Assembly: GCA_977017645.1 (NCBI GenBank) | Contig: OZ360233.1 | Coordinates: 71,982,001-72,046,000 of the forward strand | Direction: 5' to 3' | From: Torpedo marmorata | Taxonomy: Eukaryota | DNA: 64,000 nucleotides | Part shown: one piece after another, positions 26,640 to 41,621 of the stretch | Layout: every line of letters starts with the position of its first letter | Numbering within the stretch: position 1 is the first letter of the stretch | Translations under genes and position numbers: made by a program | Notes under the pieces: model-generated | The model's input: only the letters and a program-made list of their open reading frames with translations | Told to the model about the DNA's origin: nothing | Databases searched by the model: none

Positions 26640-26693
26640 TTAGGGCACCCTGATCACCTGACCCATTATTTCTTCACTCTGCTGCTGGTGTTT
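26640..26693 (-). CDS. NFYA: NFYA terminal coding exon (KHQQQSEEIMGQVIRVP*)
   Basis: ttctacag| acceptor; resembles the vertebrate NF-YA C-terminus (EEAMTQIIRVS); 54 nt, phase 0. Confidence 0.85.
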   Translation of the reverse strand, partial: KHQQQSEEIMGQVIRVP

Positions 26694-27944
26694 CTGTAGA
26701 AAGGGAAAACATAAGATTAAAAAGATTACAAGTCTTTGTAAAAAAAATTCACATCAATAATATTTACATAACTTATTAATTCAGGAAGCTAATTTGGGAA
26801 ATTCTCCCCACCAAAATTAAAAGAATATGAGCGAATTGAAGGATTTAAATAGCTCACGATAAAAAAGGAACATGATCACGAGGGGATGTTAATTTGCAGA
26901 GGATATTCTGACATTTTCTAATTCAGTGTTTCTCCAAAACTTTATCACCTCTCATTTATAATATTCTATCAAAGCTAAAAACTTTGTCCAACTATGTTGA
27001 CACTTCTATAGTTGTCAACTTTCTTGACAACAAATTATTGCTAGCAAGACACTATTGCTCTCAGGACAAGGGCTGAATCTACTCCATGGCTTTGACTGCA
27101 ACAGCAAAAAGTCTCAATAGAATTATTTTATCATTCATCTAATAGCCATCATCTTTTATTCTTGATGTCCCCATTCTTACCTTATCTCTTTTGATCTCCA
27201 CAGAATTAACAAGTCATTGCTTCAATCATTGGCTGGCTCCAAGAAACCTAGATTCTTTTTCAGATTCAAACACTTCTGCTCCTTCAACACAAACTCAACT
27301 CAATAAAAACATAGGCTGGTCCAAAATCTGAACATGTCTACAACTGGGGAGTCTCATTAATATGATACTTGTTATCTTCTGTGATACACTTGTGCTCTTC
27401 TGTACCTAGTTATTCCATCTCAACAACTGTTAAAATCAAGAGCGAACACTATGAATCCTATGCTAGAATTCATTTAAAACAAGCAGGCTTTTGAACCAAA
27501 GTGATCTATGCCTGTTCTCTTTTAAAAGTTTTCAACCTTGGTGACATTTTGCACAATGGCTATGACTCAAGCTTAGCTTTTGTAAGAAAAGAAAGCTCTG
27601 AAAGTTTATACAATTGACAAATATTTGAATATTTGCGATGAAGGCTCTCATTGAATATTTAATGATGCCTAACAAGATCAATTCAATACTACTGTACAAA
27701 TAAACATCAGAACAAAGCTATTCAAAGTTATTGTGCGATACAGTTCAGCACAAAATCAGTGATCCACTGCCTATATCAACAGAGCAAACAAACTTGCACT
27801 CTACACAAAAATTGGAACATTTCTTTGAAGATACAGAAGGTAATATTTCACGTGTAATACTCTGCCTTGATTGAATGACTTCTGTTGCTCTACAGATGCT
27901 GTTGAACCTGCTGAGCATTTCCAGATTTTGTTTTCAGATTTTCA

Positions 27945-28240
27945 ATGGAGGCACAGGTTGTGGTTTTGCCTCTGGTATGTGAGTTACTCTGGTGTTGTCT
28001 TTGTGGAATTTGCATGTCTCCCCGTGTGATTTTCCCCAGCTCATATTTCCCCCTGCACCCCAGACATGTTGGGTGACATGTCAATTGGCTGCAGTAAATA
28101 TCTTGACTGAAGGACAATGAGAAGTTGAAGGACTCGAGAGAGAATAGGTTACAGCAGATTTATGGGATGAGGATATGGGATTGCTTCAAGTGCCAACATG
28201 TTTGAGTGGCTGAATGGCCTCCTATATCATAAGAGAAACA
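27945..28240 (+). mobile_element. Old V-SINE (HE1-like)
   Basis: tgtggaatttgcatgtctccccgtgtg V-domain; CR1-like tail ggctgaatggcctcct. Confidence 0.55.
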
Positions 28241-29714
28241 TACAAAATATGATCAGTTCCTAGAAATGCCACCAACTTTACTTGATTTCTTTTACGTGGA
28301 TACAAGTCTTGGCGTCAAGCTTATAAACACCCAGAATGCTAATTAGTCACCAACAATTAGGGCAAAGAAAAATAACTGTAGAAGCAATCACTGACTGAAA
28401 GAATGAAGTGAAAGGGAGCTCAAATTTCTTGGTAAATCTATTAAGGGATATGCACTGGATAATCAAAAGGAAAAGTAATATTTAGAAAAGAGATCTAAAA
28501 GAGTACTCTGCAATTCCAAGTCCTGGAGCAGTAATACAGCATTTCCAAGCCATATGTAGCTTTTATAAATCAAAGGGCAATGATCAATTGAATCAGTGGA
28601 ATCTTTATAAAAGAAACCTAGATGAATCGGGATTGCACTGCAAGATTGCTAATTCAATGTTTTTTCTATGGTAAAAGAGACAATGTTTTATTCGCTTTAA
28701 TAAACAAGAGTGTGCAGAAACATCGATTTGTCCTTCTTGCTTTACCATCAATTGCAACTCAACTAGAAATGCACTAAGAGAATGTTGAAGAGAAGCTCAG
28801 TATGCAGTACCCCACTCTAAAAGTGTAACAGAATAATACCATACCTTTTTTGAATTTTCTCTAGCCTACCCAGAATCATTCAGGCTGTTGAATAAATATA
28901 AATATACAAATAAATGTCACAAAATCACAGCTGACAACCTTAAGGGTTGGTTTTCAATATGCATAAAGGCAACAGTCAATGATTTTTCATTTTTAATAAG
29001 GGTAAAAATCCAGTAGTGAAGAAAATACTTGCACTACTATTATTTCTAATTGTACATATTCAAGATTGGAAAGGCGCATTAAAATTCCACTCTCTCAAGA
29101 ATCAAGTGACAGGATGCTCCTTATCTACATTACATTCATGCTCAAATATGGGCATCAGCATATGCAAGTACACAACATCTAACTGATACAGGAGATGAGG
29201 CTCTGGACAATAAAATTTGATCAAAATCACAATGATGGAAACATACAGCAGATCCGTCAGTACTGAAAAGCAATTGTGTATTAATGCTATTGGTAAAGGC
29301 TTCCTGTTAAAACATTGGGATCATTGCAAGTGCCTTTTGAATTCAAAATGTTGTCTGCAACCCACTATTATGCCAAATGTCACCAGACATATTGAGGTTA
29401 TTACTGCAGATATAGTGAGCATCCATCAAATGTATGCAGTTCATGATGCCAATTTGTGTTCAACACTGCTTTGAACTCAATGGTGTGATCAAAATCCTCT
29501 CTTAACCCTGCATGGCTGAATAAAAATTTAGCAACATCAAGGACTCTCACTTGTGCTATTTAGAAAGATCAATTATTTAGCTTCCAGTTGATTTGTTTTA
29601 ATTATGCTGTAATTTTACAACTGATGCTTTCTTTTATTGCTTTGTGCTAGTTGAGAGTGACCAAAAAAAATACTAACAACCCTTTGCTCGAACTAGATGC
29701 CATAAAACATGGCT

Positions 29715-29797
29715 ACTTTAATCGATGTTCGCCCGCAGAAAAAAGAATCTCAGGGTTGTATGTGATGTCATGTATTACTCTGACAATAAATCTGAAT
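29715..29797 (+). mobile_element. Rex1/Babar 3' tail fragment
   Basis: aagaatctcagggttgtatgtgatgtcatgtat...tgacaataaatctga, matching the reverse complement of the tail at 46600-46670. Confidence 0.7.
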
Positions 29798-32700
29798 ACG
29801 GGGGAAAATGAGCAGGACAAATTGCTGAAAAAAAGGACACAATGGTAGAAGGGCTCTCACCAGTATTGGCCCAAATTGCTTAGAAACCAATTCTCAACCC
29901 AAACCTTAGTTTGAAAGCGTTGGAGAGATCTGCTTCAAAAAAGTCAGATCGCTGAAGATCTGCACTTGTGCTTGCTACAGCCAAGAGTCCAATTTCAGAG
30001 TAAGCCAAGCACTGCATTACCAGCATCAAGATAACTATGACAATGACGTTACATGCCTGGATTATGTCTGCAATTGTTTGATGCCAACTCTTGCATTAGT
30101 CAGACAACCAACAATGTTTCATTCTGTCTTGTCAGAATCCAAGATGTAGAAAAAATAAAGTTCTTTGTTAAGATAGCACACTTCTCTTTGGATTAGTTGC
30201 CAATAAATGCACACACAATAATTTGTAAAAGTTGCAAGTTAACTCTTAAAGAAATTCCATTGTGCCAGCATTCACATGGTATGTTGTGATGCACAGGGCC
30301 CTGTCTCGTATGCTGTCAGGAGTTTTGATGTCTTCCTTCTGGGACAGCCTCACAGTCAAAATGCACGCAAGACACCCAAAGAAATTCAGAGTAGATAAAA
30401 GATGACAAGGCCCCCCAACGAATCACAAGGATAATTGTTGTCCAATCCATGCATACTTGCACTTTATGCAAACAATGAAAGCCATCCTCCCACAGCAGAC
30501 CAGTGGGATGCTGAAATAGCACTTGCACTGCCTGCACCACTCTTGGAACTCTGCAGTACTTGCCAGAGGGTACCAAGATGTGCCATCCTCTTGACACTAA
30601 CCAAGTACTTGAGAAGCAGAAGCACAAATGCAGGAAAGGTAAAAGGATGAGGGAGACACACAATCTGCCTGGATTATTCTTAAAGAACTCACAATGAAAA
30701 GTGCAATTACAGAAAACCACAATGCCAATTTCCCACACTTGATTTTTCCTGTTACTGATTACAACAGCATACACCTGGCATTAAAACAAAAACCACAAAA
30801 TAAACACTATAAATCAAATTTGCAAATTTAATGTTGACATATTATGCAGATAATCAAACCAATCCCTTAAATAATCCTCGAGTACTCCTGCGCAGTGCTA
30901 TCCCAGTGACTTTATTATGACTGGTACAAGGCAGGCAACTTTTGGTGGAGTAACCTACAGACCACAAGCAATGTTTGGGCTTAGATGCACTGCTCCACGA
31001 ATGTGTGTATTAGCAACAGCAAGCTTGTGGACAATGTGGCAGATCGAATTCCATCATCTTGAGCTGAGCAGGTGTGTACTTAGTGCAGCCTCTACCACAC
31101 CTCTAAGGGTGCAAACTCAGAATTTAAGTAAGCCATTGGGAGGACACATCATGGTACAGCTGCACCATCCTACTACACCCGATACAGTACTGTACTCAAA
31201 TTTTTAAGTGGATGCAGTGGTGGTTGCTCTGTTGGGGCCGAGATATGACATCATGGGTGCACGTGTATACACTGAGATTTGGCCATCACTTTACAAGCGA
31301 AAGATTGGGATCTGTACAAATCCCCATTGTAAAGTAAGAAAGCTGGTAATGGATTCTTCCAGGCTTGACTTTCTGGTAGCATTCATAAAGCAGCATGTGC
31401 TGCATATTTCATACCCATCAACTCATCTTGCTCCATTCTAAGCCATCATTTGAGCCCTACAACTGTTGAAAGAATCACAGATCAGATGGGCAGGACATGT
31501 TAGAAATTGTATGATCATAAATACCAAGCAGCTACTTAATGGAGAACTAACTGAGGGTAAACAGTCATGTGGTGGGCAGGAAAAGATATTCAAAGACTCT
31601 CTTAGAACACCAATGGGAACAAGCATCGGATCGCCCTCTTCAGTGTACCCACATAAAAAGTGGTGCTCATTCATGAGGAATGGAGGAAGCAAAGAGAAAA
31701 AGGTAACATGAAAATCAAGAACCATTGATACTATAGCATTCTTACATCTCTATCACCTGTGTGTAAGAAATCTGAACCCATGTTCTATTCATCCACGTTC
31801 AAACACCTTGTAATATTAAAGAAGAGGAATCATGGTCTTATTTGTGACAAACACAACAAAACTGTATGTCATCCTTGCTTTCCAGAAGTCGCTACCCTTT
31901 TAACGGTTCATTTGTGCCCAGCAGTTCATCGGATACACATCCAACCTTTAATATACAATTTAATTACTCACAGCATCAGTATAATTGATGGCCAGGAAAA
32001 GTATATTTCAATCTTTAACTTTACCATCAATTACTCTTCTTTTCCGCTGGACAAGTTGCACTTCATGGGTATGTGAAAGGAGAAAGAGCCTGGTTGTGGT
32101 GCAGGGAGTGGGGGAAGTAATACCTCACTCATACCTGACATCATTTATAGTTCATAAATGAGGAGAGGGACAGCTGTTGTAAGAAGGATTATGCTTTATA
32201 GGTATCATCAGCCTTGTCACTCTTCACTACCTCAGCAATGGTTGTACCAATAATGAACATTAGCTTCCCAAAAGGATCAGGACATGCCTGTTCCCCTCTG
32301 ATCAGATCCTGCCAACTCCAGTTGTGTGGCATCCTCCCTTCAAGAGGGGATTTCACCATGCATTGTGTTTGTGTGAACTAGCTGATAATAATATGAGTAA
32401 TGAGCTTGACGAAGTGCTAACTATAAGAGATGGTCAGCACATGTATGACAGCTTGATTGATGGAGGTTAGAAGGTAAATTATGGCAATATAGTGAAATGA
32501 GTGGCATCAGTGCCAGCAGTGATCTAGGATCTGGAATTTCAATATGCCTTCATTAACTATAATGACTCATGAGGTCACTGAATCATTTGTAGGAGTGCAT
32601 TCCATCCTCAGTATTTGACATTTGTCCAAGATTGTAAATTTCCATGCTTTCTGAGCCAGTATGTGGAGAGCTTCCTGTCTTCTGATACAAGACCTCTGTC

Positions 32701-33047
32701 CCACACTCAGCCCCATCGTGCAGCTCCATTCATAATCCATTTCGCCTTTAAGATGCAGACTCTCCTTAAGCTGGCTATACCTGGAACAAGCTGCTCATGG
32801 CATCACCTGGATGATGATGCATCCATAAAACGAATAGTGCACTAGTGTTCACCAGTTGCAGCCGTTCTTCAAGTTAGTCCTTGCCATTGGACACATACTG
32901 CTTACATTGCAATCAATGGATAGGAAGGCAATCACACAATGCAATTCCTTCATTTGTATGGTATGGGGCTTTCCAATTTAGCTCCTCATTCGACAGAATG
33001 CAAATGCCACTTGTTGCATACATCCTCTTCGTAAAGTATACAAGTAT

Positions 33048-33320
33048 ACGGTTGGTGTAGCGGTTAGCGTAATGCCTTTACAGCGCCAGCTATCGGAACC
33101 GGACCTGGGTTCGAATCCCGCGCTGTCTGTAAGGAGTTTGTACGTTCTCCCCGTGTCTGCGTGGGTTTTCTCCGGGGGCTCCGGTTTCCTCCCACCTTTC
33201 AAAATGTACCGGGGGTGTAGGTTAATGGGGTGTAAATTGGGCGGCACGAACTCGTAGGGCCGAAATGGCCTGTTACAGTGCTGTAAGTTTAAATTTTTTT
33301 TTTTTTAAATTAAAAATTTA
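33048..33320 (+). mobile_element. tRNA-derived V-SINE, young copy
   Basis: A-box-like TGGTGTAGCGG, B-box GGTTCGAATCC 33108-33118, V-domain, AT-rich tail. Confidence 0.85.
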
Positions 33321-33534
33321 AAGAGCATTTGCTCTGTGCATTTTAAGAGGAGGCAGGAATCACTGTGGAATACAAGAGGCAGAGGGTTTCCTGGAAAATA
33401 GGTCCCTGAAAGTGGTCAATAGCAGTCATAATGACTTCAGGACAGCAAACAAGAGGCCCTCTGAAAGTGACTAAGTAGAGGAATCTTCGGAATCTGGCAC
33501 CATTGGTTAAAACAAAATTTCAGTCATATATTTT

Positions 33535-34210
33535 CCGAAGTGCAGGAATCTGAAGCAAGAGCGAGCTGGTGGAGGAACTCAGTGAGCCAAACAGCAACTG
33601 TGGAGACAAAGGGATTTTCAACATTTCGCATTGAGACTCTGCATCAGGACAGAGTGTAAAGGGGAAATAACCAGTACAAAGAGGTGAGGGGTGAGGCAGG
33701 AGCAGGCAAGTGATTGGTGGATCCAAGGAGGAAGGGTTGATGGGCAGATGGAGTGAGGTGGGGGAGGGAAGGGTGGAGATAGCAACAGAGGCTGGGAGGT
33801 GATAAAACAAATTATGGAATCTGATAAGAAAGGAAGATGATGAGTGGAATCAGATAAGGGAGGGATGGTGGGCAGCAAAGGAAGAGGATAGGGGACCCAG
33901 TGCTTAAGTGTGTGGGAGAAAGGCAGATGGAACTGGGTGGGGGGTGGTTTGGAAAGAAGGGTGCATGCAAGACCCCTGGCTGGATCATGAATGCGAGAAA
34001 AAGGAACAATAGGGGTTGCGAGTTAGAAATGGGAGAATTCAATATTCTTACTGTTGGGTTGTAGACTACCCAGGTGGAATATGGAATGCAGTTCTTCCAG
34101 CTTGTGTCCTGATGGAGGCTCTTGACCCAAATATGAAGACTGTCCTTTTGCCTCCACAGATGCTGCCTGACCCACTGAATTACTCCAGCTGCTCGTTTTT
34201 TGTTGTTGTA
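33535..34210 (-). mobile_element. Penelope 3' remnant with inverted terminal repeat
   Basis: Reverse-strand C-terminal remnant (..IFHLGSLQPN..NIEFS), purine-rich UTR, degenerate hammerhead cores at 33623-33647 (-) and 34109-34135 (+). Confidence 0.7.
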
Positions 34211-34804
34211 TATTGAGATTCAAATTAATGCCACACTCTACAATAGTAACATTGAATCACAATGGATGGTCAGAGCTGTCATGTGTTGTCAGTTTGAGGA
34301 AAAATACCCACTTATTAGGTTTGATGTAATGCTTGCTCACTGTGTAAAGTGGAAAATCTTGCTTGTTTCAGTCATGTGTTCCCCAGTACTCATGAGACAT
34401 ACAATTCTTCGTTTGTTTAGCGATTTTGGCTTTTCAACTGATAACATGACCTTCCACAAAACGAGCATTAATCAATTCATTAAATATTGTTTATTATCTG
34501 CTTCTAATCAGTTTTTTGTTTCTATCTAGAACTCTTTACAGACATAGACAAAATACATCGAGCTTAAGGCACTTGTTTCACCTTGTGCTACCTTGTGCTG
34601 TGATGCAAAAAAACAGCAAGAATAAATAACTCAATTACATCACATCAACACAAGCTAGATGATTTATAAATGAAGTACTTTTAAGATTTGATGACACCAG
34701 CTTTTACATTATTATTCATTTACTCCATTTATTCCAGAGCACGAGTAATGTTTCTCAAAATTACTCCTAAAATCTGCGGCAAGACTGAACTCAAAAATGT
34801 TCAA

Positions 34805-36119
34805 TCAGGCAGATGCCGCATGGGTTTAGGAAGGGCAGATCTTGTTTGACAAACTTGTTAAGTTCTTTGAGGACATAATGGGTGCGGGAGATAGAGGGGA
34901 ACAGGTTGATGTTGTATATTTGAATTTTCAGAAAGTGTTTGATAAGGTGCCGCACAAGAGACTTATCAGTAAGTTACAGGTGAATGGAGTCCAGGGAAGT
35001 ATATTGGCATGGATTGAGGATTGGTTGTCTGACAGGAGGCAGAGAGTCGGGATAAATGGGTGTTTTTCTGATTGGCAGACAGTGGTAAGTGGGGTGCCAC
35101 AGGGGTCGGTGCTGGGCCCACAACTGTTCATCATTTACATTGATGATTTGGAGGAGGGGACAAAATGTGGCGTAGCCAAGTTTGCGGATGATACTAAATT
35201 GAGTGAAAGAGCAAATTGTACTGAGGATGTGGAGAGGCTGCAGAGGGATATAATTAAGTTAGGTGAGTGGGCAAAGGTCTGGCAGATGGAGTAAAATGTT
35301 AGTAAGTGCGAGGTTATCCACTTTGGCAAGAAAAATAAAAAAGCAGAGTATTATTTAAATGGTGAAAAACTGCAGCATGCTGTTGTGCAGAAGGGCTTGG
35401 GAGTGCTTGTGCACGAATCGCAAAAAGTTGGGTTACAGGTGCAGCAGGTTATTAAGAAGGCAAACGGAATGTTGGCCTTCATCGCTAGAGGAATTGAATT
35501 CAGGAGCAAGGAGGTAATGTTGCAACTGTACAAGGTACTGGTGAGACCGCACCTGGAGTACTGTGTGCAGTTCTGGTCTCCATATTTGAGGAAGGATATA
35601 CTGGCCTTGGAGGCAGTCCAGAGGAGGTTTACTAGGTTAATCCCTGAGATGAAGGGGTTGATTTATGATGAAAGATTAAATCGTCTGGGATTATACTCGC
35701 TCGAGTTCAGAAGAATGAGAGAAGATCTTATAGAAACATATAGAATTATGAAGGGGATGGATAGGATAGAGGTAGGAAGGATTTTTTCCACTTGCAGGTG
35801 AGACAAAAACTAGGGGACACAGCCTCAAGATTCGGGGGAGTAGATTTAGGACAGAGATGAGGAAAAACAGTTTTTCCCAAAGAGTGGTGAATTTGTGGAA
35901 TTCTCTACCCAGGGAAGCGGTTGAGGCTGCTTCAATGAACATATTTAAGGTTCAGTTGGATACATTTTTACATAAAAAAGGAATTAGGGGATATGGGGAA
36001 AGGGCAGGTAGGTGGAGTTAGGTCATTGATCAGATCAGCCATGATCTTATTGAATGGCGGGGCAGGCTCGATGGGCTGGTTGGCCTACTCCTGTTCCTAC
36101 TTTCTTATGTTCTTATGTT
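34805..36119 (+). mobile_element. 5'-truncated CR1 LINE (RT to 3' end)
   Basis: DVVYLNFQKVFDKVPH, SGVPQGSVLGP, KFADDTK, LVRPHLEYCVQFWSP; tail (TTCTTATG)2. Confidence 0.95.
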
Positions 36120-39100
36120 AATATGTACCAGATCATCTGCTCCATCAATCATAAGGCTGACACCAAGCTTCGAAGCAGATCTTTTTTGATAACTTTCATA
36201 AATTCATGTTGATATTGAACCACAACTTGCTGGGGAATGCTGAATGTTCTGTGTGGAACTGCTGGCATTTACCTTTGTAAGTACCACCAACTACAGAATG
36301 CTTCTTTGAATGCAAAAATCCCAAACTTGCTGGTTGAGCTCTGCTGGTAATTGTGCAGCTGTGCCCCAGCTCAGAACTCCTGTGCTTGTTTCAATTATTT
36401 CAATAATTAAAAGTGTTTTAGGTTATGCAAGTTTTATTTTTTATTAAATTAATAAAAGTAATCGACTTTAAAAGTTCTGAATGTGAGAGACACACAGAAG
36501 TATTTTTAAAAAAATCAACAGATGACAAAGCTGCATTTGTGGCTTTGTTGGTGTCAAAGTTTTTGATTTATGCCCGTGTTGTTAATGTTGCTTGACTTCT
36601 TTGAAAAATAGTTCAATTAATGTGTATAACCCTGCGTTTCCTTCCTCAGATCAGTAAAATCCTCATCTTTTGATTTCCAGCCCTCGACCCAAAACTAGTT
36701 TTACCACATTTTAACTCACATATACCTTTAACCATGCATTTGATTTTCAAACTGATTTTGTCTTCATCTTCGTGAACAATTAAGCTTCAATTTTTAAATA
36801 TATTCTTATCACTAAAAAATACAGAAAGGTTTACTTGAGAGCAAAGTAAATACAGCCCAGAACTAACAATGAACCTCAACATGCTAACCTACATACTGAA
36901 CTCATAAGAATTTCACTTTGCATATCTTAAATTAGTTTTATTTACACTGAAAGTTAGTTAAAATGTTTAGAATTTACTATGAGCGCCAGCAATATTTAAT
37001 AGAACGTACTCATTCCTTTGCATAACAAGGGACTTTTACAGATGGAAAAACAAAGCATTCTATTAATGAACTGGACATCACTTGAGACAACAAGGGATCT
37101 ATTCTATGTAGAATCAGACAGAACCCATCACATGTTCCAATGCGAGACCATAACAAACTAGATTAAGAAAAAATCCTATACAAACAAATTTAGTAGCTCA
37201 GTTACGTAAACCAGCTTCAGTGACTATTGCTGCCAGATAGCCAAGTTCAACGGCATGCTCCATGAAAGGGTATTTAGTGCATTAAATTTAGCAATTTGAT
37301 CTAATTTAGTGATCTGATCTTATTTAACAAGAGAAAATAACTATGATAAATGGAAATAACGTCGGTTTTTTAAAATCTTAGGGAAATAGTACAATTGTAC
37401 AAATTAAAATAAAAGATCAAATAACAGATTTGATATCAATGATCTCTCCCCTTTTCCCATCACTGCGTGAAAGCAGCAACCTATCTCATGGATTTGAATT
37501 GATTTATTTTTGACATCAGTCTCATTGCTACTACCACTCTTGGTTCACCGATCCATCCAAATGTCACAAACCATACCAGATACCCGTACCACTGTTTCAA
37601 TTTTCTTTTTTCCTATTAAACCACTGGGCAGTGTCATGGAGTCAATTTTTCCTGTGCCAGCTCCCTAAATTGCTTCTAAACCCCACTGGCATGCATTGTT
37701 TATACTTGCAAGTGTTTTTCCAAGCTTTCAATATTCTTTCACACTTTGATGTCTCTTTGTATTTATTCGTCTTTTTCTTCTCATCTCAGTCAAAATCTTT
37801 CATAATTTTGAACACTATTAAAATTTCCATTAGCCTCCTCATATTGAAGAAAAATTCCCAGGTTTTCTAGTCTGTCTGTACAACTTAAGTTCTTCATGCC
37901 CCAGAACCATCCTAGTAAACACAGCTTTGTTTGTTCAAACTACACCCTCAGCATCAATCAAAGAAAGTTAGTTTTTTTGCATTAACTGACCATTCTATGT
38001 GAATGTCCATTCTGTACAAAGTGATCCTCCAGCCTTCATCTTACATCAACCTTCTATCTTATATTACTTATCACCTCACTCCTCAAGGTTGGTGCTTAGA
38101 ATTTCAGTAACATTCCAAAGTTGAAGCAGAGTGGATCAACAAGCATTTTGTTTATGAGGTTGGGTGTCACTAGTAATTTTATTTTTACCAAAGTTACAAA
38201 GTAATTCCTTCGCTTGTTCCACTAGCATGACATTTTCAAAGAAAATCAGGTTAAGTCCATGGTCAGAATTTGGTGGGGGGGGTTGGTGGAGAGGAGGGAA
38301 TGTCACAAAGGAGAGTCACTCGGCAATTAGATCAGTAAGATGAAGGACGGGGCAAGGGGCCAAACATCATAGGAAGGAGCCACAAATATTGGCAAAGTGG
38401 GAAATGAAACCAGGTGTGAGATTATAGTTGTCATTAATGTATTTGTAGGTGAGCACAAGAACACAGAAGATAGGATAGATGAAATCAAGCAGCCTGTGGA
38501 CCATAATAAGAGAAAAACTTGGTGGAAGACAAAGGATTCATGCACTTAAGAAATAAGATGAAAGGTTGGTATGTAGCTTGGGCTGGGAATTCTTTGACTA
38601 ATGGTGTTCTGGTCTGTCTCAGGATGTCCTGTCTAAACAAGCCTCACAGATGCTATGAACGTTTTACATTAAATGCAAGAATGGCCTGCACTGTCAGTCT
38701 AATATAAATGAAAAGCATGGCAGCAACATCCAGATTTCCAATTTACTGAATGCAGGTCAAAGTTATTCCAAAGGTTATGGATCAAACACAGAGAGGAAGC
38801 CAGAATGAAAGCTGAGGATCTTACCCAATTAGTATTAACTGACAAATTTAAGCTTATTCAACTAACATGATCAAATTTAAAGAAAAACACATTTTCCGAA
38901 AATCAAAGCATTAATTAATCGAAGGTAGTTATGTATTTCTTTCACGAGAATAGCTAGAACACTAGCTATTCCATTCCTTTTCGAATTAACTCAATGATCT
39001 TTGTTTTCTATAATGATGAAAATTGAATAAATTTTATTTTCTACTCCCAGATCCTCTACAGGAAATCAGGAACAACAGTTCTATTTCCACCCATCATTCA

Positions 39101-41432
39101 GCACTGTGATATCCATCCCAGAATCACCTTGTGCCAACCCTGATAGAATGTTAACACGTACACGACACAATAGGAATTAATCAAGCAGCCCAGCCTCGAT
39201 GAGTTTTACTAGTCTATGAATGTAAATTAGTTTGACATTTTTCCCTTCTGCCATTTTTCTGTGAAAACCTTCCAATCTCTTTTCTGAAGGCATGATTCCT
39301 TTCTCATTTACCAAGTTAGTGGTTAACAAGCTGCTTGATATTATCTATTCCATCTTCTGTGTTCTCATGCTCACCTGCAGGCACAATAATGACAACTATA
39401 ATCTCACAGCTCGCTTAATTTCCCACTTGTTAGATTGACTTCCACCAAATACAATGATATTTGACCATCCAAACAAAGAATATGACTTCTCACTTTTCCT
39501 GAGACACAATGACCTTCACTTGTTTTATCATGACCTTTGCACGAGCTGCACATCACCCATCTCTTTTTGAAACTACATTTTCAATCCTTTTGGTCCCACA
39601 TTGCTTTAGAAAATTCTAAACTTGCTTCAATCAGGTGAATAATTTTAAACTTCCTTTGTACTGATGCCAAATTGTTCAATGTCTTTACTCAATTCTCCAA
39701 ATTGTTTGTGTATCTGATTTTGCTGTGCCACTGCCACAACAACCGCCTCATCAATGAACTTTTTGTACATCATTGATCCAACCATTGTTGCAAGTGTTCC
39801 AATCAAGCTTAGCCTCCCAGTTAAAATTCTAATTTCAGAGTTGAACTGTCTCCAATATTTTCGAACTGTTTTTCTCTATTTATATCCACTACACTCCCTG
39901 CTATTTACAAGCCGTTTTACTCACCTTCACTCTGTCTTACGCCTTTTTCACAGCCTGACTGAGATGACCTTTATAAAAAGAAAAAAGTATCAAAATGTTT
40001 AATTGCTTAAAAGAACCAATTCTGATGCTGGGACTCTATCAGAAATGTTACCTATCTATTATTCAGATGTTGACGGACCTGCTGTATACTTCTGTTATTG
40101 TCAGTTATTATTTTTAGATTGATTGCACATACAATTTATGTTCCTTTTATGTCAGGGAGAATATAAAGGATAATGTTAAGATATTAACTGCCAGATAAAA
40201 AGTCCATGAATTGTCACTGTATAACTCTTCAAGCTAAGCTCAGTTAAAAATTGACAGAATATCACCATTACAACACAAGTGGGAAAAAAAACACTCTTAT
40301 GAATTATGCTCCAATTCTTGATCATTTTTGAACAAAAATCTTAAATTTATCTCTCCAGATACCACAACACCCAAGAAAGGCACAGTTTTTCTGACGCTGG
40401 GGAAATATTTGACTTTGTGAATTAATTTAAATGAAAACAAACATAACCACTCATGGCCTTAAAAGGGATATGCCTATTATCCAAAGTAATTAATTGTAGG
40501 CTACACAATTTATTTTTGCTTCAGTGCACTGGCATATTTGGTGGTGAGATTTAAATAGCCCACAAAGCATCTTAATGTATGCTCTTGGGGGGATTTACTG
40601 AAGCCAGTTGACAGAGATGAATAAATCCAAATGAAATGATGTTAATGATATTTAATGGATACCTGAATGTGAATTCATTTGTTTTAGTGAGAGCACATTC
40701 AAACCAAACCCCCAGAAAGTATTGACAGCATTTGCAATTTACATAAAATTAAACCACAAATGAAAAAGTCAATTAACAACAATATTGGCATTTAAAAAAA
40801 AAAAAAATGTTATTGTGGGAGCCTATCCTTTAAAATGTGGATTTAATTTTTTTTCTTAGTGAAAAATTTAGCCCCATTGCTTGTTTTCAATAGCCAACAA
40901 TTAAGTTTTATCACAGCTGGTTTCAATAGATAACAGTTATAGTGTTGATCAAAAATGCAACATTGTTAATTAGGGAAGGTACACAAATTTATATACAGTA
41001 GAATTCTATCTTCAATTTGATACAATGCTCTTGAAACTATAATAAAGGTACACACGATGACAGCCTTGCAGAAATGCTGCATCAGAGATAGCAACTTCTG
41101 TAAATGGGCAAATTAAAGTCCATTACCTCGAATTATGAAGTCTTATTGTAATTCTTAAATTTAGCTTTCCAGACTTGATTCTCAAAATGTAGAATTGCAT
41201 CTAGCCCAATCTGAATGAATACAATTTAAACATGCCATTGGAAGTTTATTCCTCTGCTGATTCGCATAGGATTACTTCATGCAAAAGAAAACAGGTCTAA
41301 AAAGTATATCAACCAGAGGGCTAGAGCTGAATTTATAATTTAAGAACTGTAGAAATGACTAAATCAAAAGCAGCCTACGCAGCTAAAGTTGTCAAAAGAC
41401 ACAAGTTATAAACACATAATTATAATGAGCGA

Positions 41433-41621
41433 TTTAATACACAAAAGTACTGGAGAAACTCAGAAGGTCATGCAGCATTCTTTATGGCAAAGATAAATAA
41501 CCAACGTTTTGGGCCTGAGCCCTTCGTTGGTTATGTATCTTTATAAAGTATGCCGCGTGACATGCTGAGTTTTCCCAGCACTTTTGTGTATTATAGCCTG
41601 CAGACTTTCTTGTTTAACTCT
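41433..41621. mobile_element. Short palindromic Penelope-derived element with TSD
   Basis: Inverted arms 41435-41485 / 41543-41593; central gggcctgagccc stem II next to aacgtttt; flanking ATTATAAT(G/T)AGCGA at 41419-41432 and 41622-41635. Confidence 0.7.

Noticed and set aside
30316-30774. 152-aa ORF as a coding exon
   Set aside because: No recognisable domain or splice support; looks like decayed LINE sequence
33048-33125. tRNA gene
   Set aside because: A/B boxes belong to a multi-copy V-SINE head; no full cloverleaf
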